Shown here one piece after another: positions 28,027 to 32,000 of a stretch of 32,000 bases of DNA. The stretch comes from an uncultured Enterobacter sp. (GTDB taxonomy: Bacteria; Pseudomonadota; Gammaproteobacteria; Enterobacterales; Enterobacteriaceae): the NCBI GenBank assembly GCA_963521185.1, contig CAUQTV010000013.1:8383-40382 (forward strand), written 5' to 3'. A model generated the notes under the pieces. That model searched no databases and was not told the DNA's origin. It saw only the letters and a list, made by a program, of their open reading frames with translations. Numbering within the stretch: the stretch's first letter is position 1; every line of letters begins with the position of its first letter. Position numbers and translations under genes: made by a program.

Positions 28027-28078
28027 CGCTTCCTCGGTCGCTCGCGGGCTGTGCCCGGTCGCTGTCCTGCGGCGAGCG
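28027..28078. repeat. GC-rich intergenic element, copy C; resembles the ColE1/pMB1 sequence flanking ori
   Basis: CGCTTCCTCG-30 nt-CTGCGGCGAGCG. In an ungapped hand alignment, 41/52 positions match the pMB1/pUC sequence as I recall it (CGCTTCCTCGCTCACTGACTCGCTGCGCTCGGTCGTTCGGCTGCGGCGAGCG). Confidence 0.6.
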
Positions 28079-28167
28079 CTGTCTCAGAAATGCCCGGAAT
28101 TGAAATGTCAGGAAACCTGAGTACGTGCATTCTGGATTGTCATTAACGGGATATATTGTAAAAGTCG

Positions 28168-28197
28168 TTGCTTAAGAAGACGGTCGGACGGCATAAT
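28168..28197 (+). promoter_or_regulatory. Candidate sigma70 promoter for a short + strand RNA
   Basis: TTGCTT (28168-28173), an 18-bp spacer, then CATAAT (28192-28197). The predicted start near 28204 coincides with the first base of the 16-nt repeat R1. Confidence 0.3.
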
Positions 28198-28203
28198 CTT
28201 TCC

Positions 28204-28269
28204 GAGCAAAGCCTTACCAGTCACCTAAACCGGTGGCGCAAAAAAACCACCCTGGCAGGTGGTTTTTTT
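28204..28269 (+). ncRNA. Putative ~65-nt sRNA (or 3'-UTR-derived RNA of the traI-dsbA transcript): 16-nt 5' seed plus intrinsic terminator
   Basis: R1, GAGCAAAGCCTTACCA (28204-28219), is followed 20 nt later by the T1 hairpin and a 7-U tail. No ORF. Both R1 and T1 have exact second copies at 29391-29406 and 29165-29192. Confidence 0.35.
28240..28269. terminator. Bidirectional intrinsic terminator T1 between the convergent dsbA-like gene and the minus-strand 217-aa gene
   Basis: The sequence is A7-CCACC-ctggca-GGTGG-T7. The A and T runs can extend the stem to 11 bp and give a U tail on either strand. Confidence 0.8.
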
Positions 28270-28384
28270 GTTTTAAAAAGCCTGTCATGCAGAAGCTACT
28301 GCAGCGGAGTGTATTCTGCATACATCCAGCAAGCCACTGGCAGATCCTGCAGCCAGTTCAGCACGCCATACGTTCGCCGTTCTT

Positions 28385-29038
28385 TTATTCCTCGCCCTCT
28401 GCATTTGCGTGTTCCGGGTTTACAGTGAATGGAAAATTCGACGAAATCAGAGCCGAGATTTTTTCAATCCGCCGTCGTGCACGGCAGATAATGATAAACT
28501 GCAGAAAGAAGAAATACTCTGCGGCAATGAAAAAAACAATCTGAACCAGTGTCAAACCCAGCTTCAGTGCATGCAGCTTGCCAGTACTGTCCGGCCTTAA
28601 ATCAGGTGAAAGCAGTTCAAAAAAATACGTAAAGGCTGAAAAAAGTTCAGTCAGGAAAAAAAACGCCATCACAAGCGCCAGCAGCATTATTTTCACGCGG
28701 TCCCGTCGACAGCGAAAGCAGCGGGTGAACTGTACATCAAGTCCGGAAATCTCGAAAAGATCCAGAGTTCGCCGGCCCGTAGAAACGAGATAAATTATTT
28801 CAGCTGCATTGCTCAGCGGCAACACTTTTTGCAGGAAGGACCAGGGTAAAGGCCTGATGTTGTGTAGGCGTGAGACGCAGGATTCCACGAGATACGCCAC
28901 GGGATCATTCTTCGCCAGTTCCCGCGACAGCAATTCGGCGATCACTGTTTTGTTCTTTGCCGTCGTCTGGCAATAAACCAGGAATGGGCTGACAAACGCA
29001 ACCAGCAATGGCAAAACGCTCAATATAAAGGCTTTCAT
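28385..29038 (-). CDS. Hypothetical 217-aa membrane protein (about 3 TM segments)
   Basis: Strong SD GAGGTG lies 5 nt upstream of the ATG. A candidate promoter is CTGAGT-17 bp-CATAAT, with a GTGCC-g-GGCAC palindrome in the spacer. TM-like segments are FILSVLPLLVAFVSPFLVY, IMLLALVMAFFFLTELFSAFTYFF and LGLTLVQIVFFIAAEYFFFLQFIII. GC is lower than in the tra genes. No family recognised. Confidence 0.7.
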   Translation of the reverse strand: MKAFILSVLPLLVAFVSPFLVYCQTTAKNKTVIAELLSRELAKNDPVAYLVESCVSRLHNIRPLPWSFLQKVLPLSNAAEIIYLVSTGRRTLDLFEISGLDVQFTRCFRCRRDRVKIMLLALVMAFFFLTELFSAFTYFFELLSPDLRPDSTGKLHALKLGLTLVQIVFFIAAEYFFFLQFIIICRARRRIEKISALISSNFPFTVNPEHANAEGEE

Positions 29039-29164
29039 TGCTTCACCTCACACTCTTATCATCTGCTGGCTGTTACACCCGCAAAAACATTATGCGTGCC
29101 CGGCACTTAATACTCAGTGGGCCTGACGGAACAACATTCTGCCAGGCTCTGTTCGCAACGATGT

Positions 29165-29192
29165 AAAAAACCACCCTGGCAGGTGGTTTTTT
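29165..29192. terminator. Bidirectional intrinsic terminator T2, an exact 28-nt copy of the T1 core
   Basis: AAAAAACCACCCTGGCAGGTGGTTTTTT is identical to 28241-28268. It lies 14 nt downstream of the stop of the minus-strand small ORF. Confidence 0.75.
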
Positions 29193-29206
29193 AGTTTGTA
29201 CTTGAC

Positions 29207-29410
29207 CTAAACGCTGATGCTGATACTTATCTGGCTGACATTGATCAGCCAGTTGCTCTGTCCCGTGAGCAGTTGGCTGATCACGGCAAGAACAATCACA
29301 CACAGAAAGTGTCGTCTGTTCATCGACGGTTGTCCTGTGAGGGTGGCGTCCGCGGCTATCATCACTTCATGCACCGGACCGTCTTTCGTTGAGCAAAGCC
29401 TTACCACCAT
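29207..29410 (-). CDS. Candidate small ORF (67 codons from ATG 29410, or 38 codons from ATG 29323) encoding a basic-then-hydrophobic peptide
   Basis: GGGA lies 6 nt upstream of ATG 29410, and AGGA lies 9 nt upstream of ATG 29323. The C-terminal 38 aa are MNRRHFLCVIVLAVISQLLTGQSNWLINVSQISISISV. The ORF ends just before T2. The 85-aa version in the ORF track (start 29464) lacks an SD. Coding status is uncertain. Confidence 0.3.
   Translation of the reverse strand: MVVRLCSTKDGPVHEVMIAADATLTGQPSMNRRHFLCVIVLAVISQLLTGQSNWLINVSQISISISV
29391..29406. repeat. R2, the exact second copy of the 16-nt repeat GAGCAAAGCCTTACCA
   Basis: Identical to 28204-28219. Left flanks are partly similar (CGGAC..TCTTTC). 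On the minus strand it covers +5 to +20 of the ATG at 29410. Confidence 0.85.
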
Positions 29411-29667
29411 AAATGATCCCGGCAAACTGATGAGTGATTCTGGCAAAATCACCGGCCGGGGCATGAGAACTGTATATCAGAACCGCCAATATGTTGGGTC
29501 TGAAACATATTCTAAGGCCTATATATAGTGATTCACATCAATGAAGTTATCGATTTTATTGATGCAGGACAAAGTAAAACCCAAACCGTACAGAAGACGC
29601 GGATCAGGGGAAATGTAAATTTTCAGGAGCGATTGTTTTTGTTCGGAAATTCAGGCTTAAAGCGTCT

Positions 29668-30654
29668 TTACTCGGCCAGTCGAAGACGTTCCCGGGCCTG
29701 ACGAAGGCGATCGTCGCTGCGGTGATCATACTTTTGCGTGGTGTGAACACTTTCATGCCCCATCGCATCCCTGACGGTGATCAGGTCTTCCCCGTTATCC
29801 AGCATGGCGGTGGCGAAGGTGCGACGCAGATCATGGGGCGCGCAGGCGGCCACCCCGGCCTCACAACGTCGGGTCTGCAGAATATGGTAAATGGCCTGGT
29901 CGGTCATGCGCCGGTCAGTTACGTCATCAAAACGCCGGATTCGGGTAAACAGCGGGCCCTCCTGCTCGCCTCGCACCTGGTCGATCCACAGCTGAAGACG
30001 CTGCCACGTGCCCGCCGGCATAAACGCCAGTCTTTCCTTGTTCCCTTTGCCCAGAACCCGCAAGGCCTGATCCCCTGAGATAATGTCTGCCATGCTGAGG
30101 GCGACCACTTCAGACCGGCGCAGACCGCAGCCAAGCAGCACTCCAAAAATCGCCGCGTCCCGCAGGCCAAGGGCACGTTTATCCTGTTCGCAGGTCGTAA
30201 AAAGTGCCCGTATCTCGGCGTTACCGAGCGCGCGACCACGGGGAAGACGACTCCCGCGCACGGAGCGGATAAGGCGAATCTGCTGCCAGGTGTCCACATC
30301 CGTGAGCTTCTGCATCCAGCTTTCGGTGGCCACACCTTTCAGGGCGGACAGGTAGGTATTGATCGTTGCCGGAGCTTTCCCGGAATCACGCAGAAGCTCA
30401 ATGACCGCCTGGATGTGGTGGCGGCGCAGCAGCGGCCAGTTACAGGTATCAGGAGAATCAGCCCCGAGCATCCGGGCAACAATGCCCAGGAAAGACGCCA
30501 TGGTCTTCCGGCTGCGCGGCGAATTGAGACTCAGCAGATAGGCCCGTGCTGGATTGACCGGGTGCTGACCGTTCAGGGCTAATCCACCGGGACGCGGATC
30601 CTGTGCGGAGACCAGCTGGCCGGAAAGCGGCGCGTCATCGTGCAGCGGTGTCAT
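29668..30654 (-). CDS. Tyrosine site-specific recombinase (XerC/XerD / phage-integrase family)
   Basis: AGGAG lies 5 nt upstream of ATG 30654; the ORF track GTG at 30744 is probably too early. Catalytic signature: GLRRSE (Arg I), GKGNKER (Lys), HDLRRTFAT (His-x-x-Arg), GHESVHTTQKY (His and the Tyr nucleophile). An N-terminal SAM-like core-binding region is present (INTYLSALKGV). Confidence 0.9.
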   Translation of the reverse strand: MTPLHDDAPLSGQLVSAQDPRPGGLALNGQHPVNPARAYLLSLNSPRSRKTMASFLGIVARMLGADSPDTCNWPLLRRHHIQAVIELLRDSGKAPATINTYLSALKGVATESWMQKLTDVDTWQQIRLIRSVRGSRLPRGRALGNAEIRALFTTCEQDKRALGLRDAAIFGVLLGCGLRRSEVVALSMADIISGDQALRVLGKGNKERLAFMPAGTWQRLQLWIDQVRGEQEGPLFTRIRRFDDVTDRRMTDQAIYHILQTRRCEAGVAACAPHDLRRTFATAMLDNGEDLITVRDAMGHESVHTTQKYDHRSDDRLRQARERLRLAE

Positions 30655-30953
30655 GTCAGCTCCTGAAAAAGTGTCGTGAGTGCGGGTGAAGGGTTGTTCG
30701 GCCGGCTCAGGAAAGATGCGGTGCGCTACGCACGTTTCGGGCACAAATCCTCACGCAAATGATAAAACAAAGACTCTACTTTTTCAAAGATACATTTTAA
30801 TAAGTAGAATATTTATACATACTATTGGAATCTTAATGATAGAATCAGGACGTTTACAAAATTGGTTTCAAACAGAACAAGTTTTCAACTGCTTGGGGCG
30901 GTAGCATCCCTTTTCGACATTAAGAACTTTATTTTAATCAAAAGGTTATATTT

Positions 30954-32000
30954 ATGACTAACTTTCTTTTCGATTATGTGAATAATAATAAAATTAAAAT
31001 CATATTAGGGGTATATGGGAAAAACAAAGGCAAAGGTAATTTCGGAAAAATAAAGGCATTAAATAATTTATCAATTGAAACATCATCATTTCAAAAAGAG
31101 AAACTTAAAAGCTTTGCACATTCATGCTATAAAAATGTTTCGGTTAGGAATTTACTTAATCTTTCGGGTTTCAATAAAAAAACATATCTTGATTTAGTAA
31201 AAGAGAGGAATTTACCTAATGAATTTATATTAGAAATGTTGTTAGAGTTCGTTAAAGATAACAGAAATGATTTCAAGCATTTTGTTATGATAAAAAACAA
31301 ATTAGAAGAGCACTTTCTAAGGTCAGAGTTTTCTCAAGCAATCGAAGTACTCAAGCTAATCGAAGAAAAATTTGGAAAATCTATATGGTCAACTGATGTT
31401 GAAATGGCAATAGCCTCTACGCAAAAAAAGACAGCAAATAAAGAAAATTTCATTGATTCTTCATCTCCGCAGTTGTACCACATAACAAATTATCTTTATA
31501 ATAAACATACATCTCACAGCGCTCTTTCATTCAAACAAAAATCAAAAGTTAATATTATTGACTCAATAAGAATTAATAGCAACAGAAAAAATTACGCTGA
31601 TTTTCTTTCATTGCTGTTACTTCCATTTGGTATGGACAATGCTCGATCTTTAGATAATATTATACAATATTCACAAAAACTTTTCCCTATTGATAAATAT
31701 GTATTTATTAGGAAGGCTATTTCAGAGCATGTTTCCACTAAAATATCAAACAACAACCTTATAGAAGATGATGTAAAGAAATTTGTCATGTCAATGGCAG
31801 AAATAGATATTGATGAATCATGGACGGGAATGACAAATGTAATTAATAACAAACCCTTAACCAACACAGATATTAAAGTTCAAGAGATAATAATATCCTA
31901 CACCGAAGGTGATTATGATGCTGTTATAGTAAAATGCAAAGAGTATTTCACACAGCATCCGAGGCAGCTTATTTTAATAGATGTATTAGCGAGATCCATA
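30954..32000 (+). CDS. Large AT-rich ORF of unknown function, 5' part (349 codons, open at the window end)
   Basis: I translated it by hand from ATG 30954 (AAGG 8 nt upstream) and found no in-frame stop through nt 32000. It is absent from the ORF track, presumably because it has no stop. It is Lys/Asn/Ile-rich. Helical-repeat-like segments (FSQAIEVLKLIEEKFGKSIW; GDYDAVIVKCKEYFTQHP) suggest TPR-like repeats. No family recognised. Confidence 0.6.
   Translation, partial: MTNFLFDYVNNNKIKIILGVYGKNKGKGNFGKIKALNNLSIETSSFQKEKLKSFAHSCYKNVSVRNLLNLSGFNKKTYLDLVKERNLPNEFILEMLLEFVKDNRNDFKHFVMIKNKLEEHFLRSEFSQAIEVLKLIEEKFGKSIWSTDVEMAIASTQKKTANKENFIDSSSPQLYHITNYLYNKHTSHSALSFKQKSKVNIIDSIRINSNRKNYADFLSLLLLPFGMDNARSLDNIIQYSQKLFPIDKYVFIRKAISEHVSTKISNNNLIEDDVKKFVMSMAEIDIDESWTGMTNVINNKPLTNTDIKVQEIIISYTEGDYDAVIVKCKEYFTQHPRQLILIDVLARSI

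Noticed and set aside
27926-28120. 64-aa + strand ORF immediately after the dsbA-like gene.
   Set aside because: It has no SD. It is composed almost entirely of the GC-rich repeated intergenic element (copy C). A homologous DNA element occurs elsewhere in a non-coding context.
28168-28544. + strand ORFs 28168-28428 and 28233-28544.
   Set aside because: They run through the T1 terminator hairpin and then antisense to the well-supported minus-strand 217-aa gene. They have no SD.
29217-29528. 103-aa + strand ORF, and the 85-aa minus-strand ORF starting at 29464.
   Set aside because: Neither start has an SD. Both span the hairpin-rich, repeat-containing non-coding-like region. Only the shorter minus-strand frames (from 29410 or 29323) have plausible initiation signals, and even those are kept at low confidence.
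29884-29892. ATGGTAAAT, resembling the XerD-side arm of cer/dif sites.
   Set aside because: It is located inside the recombinase coding sequence. No matching left arm occurs at a 6-8 bp spacing.
31592-31867. 91-aa minus-strand ORF in the AT-rich region.
   Set aside because: It is antisense to the much longer uninterrupted + strand ORF (30954 to beyond 32000). AT-rich DNA readily yields spurious Ile/Leu/Phe-rich frames.
1-32000. Search for CRISPR arrays, tRNA/rRNA genes and integron attC-type cassettes.
   Set aside because: I saw no regularly spaced short repeats, no cloverleaf-like or rRNA-like conserved stretches, and no IntI-specific insertion in the recombinase. The only repeats are the pairs and triplets described in the findings.

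Overview
This window holds the distal two-thirds of an F-like (MPF-F / MOB-F) conjugative transfer operon from an Enterobacterales-type plasmid, followed by a mosaic accessory region. All tra genes are on the + strand and most are chained by overlapping stop/start junctions. The order is traV(3' part)-traC-trbI-traW-[4 unknown ORFs]-traU-trbC-traN-traF-[2 unknown membrane ORFs]-traQ-like-trbB-small membrane ORF-traH-traG-traS-traT-[ORF with a duplicated traD 5' end]-traD-traI. Compared with the classical F order, I see no traR, trbE, traX or finO. A DsbA-family gene with a CxxC motif follows traI instead. After nt ~27.9 kb the composition becomes patchy. This part contains a GC-rich repeated intergenic element that resembles the ColE1/pMB1 region next to ori, two identical bidirectional terminator hairpins bracketing a minus-strand 3-TM protein gene, a small hydrophobic ORF, a minus-strand tyrosine recombinase, and a very AT-rich + strand ORF that runs off the window. 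The most unusual signals are: (i) a pair of exact direct repeats (16 nt and 28 nt) that would make a short + strand RNA complementary at two sites to the minus-strand small-ORF mRNA, resembling a type I toxin-antitoxin or par system; (ii) the 2.1-kb four-gene insertion between traW and traU; (iii) a 107-bp duplication of the traD leader and first codons that creates a chimeric ORF; (iv) a trbB active site reading CxxS. No rRNA, tRNA, CRISPR array or IS element was recognised. All family calls rest on recalled homologues, motifs and synteny. No database search was run.
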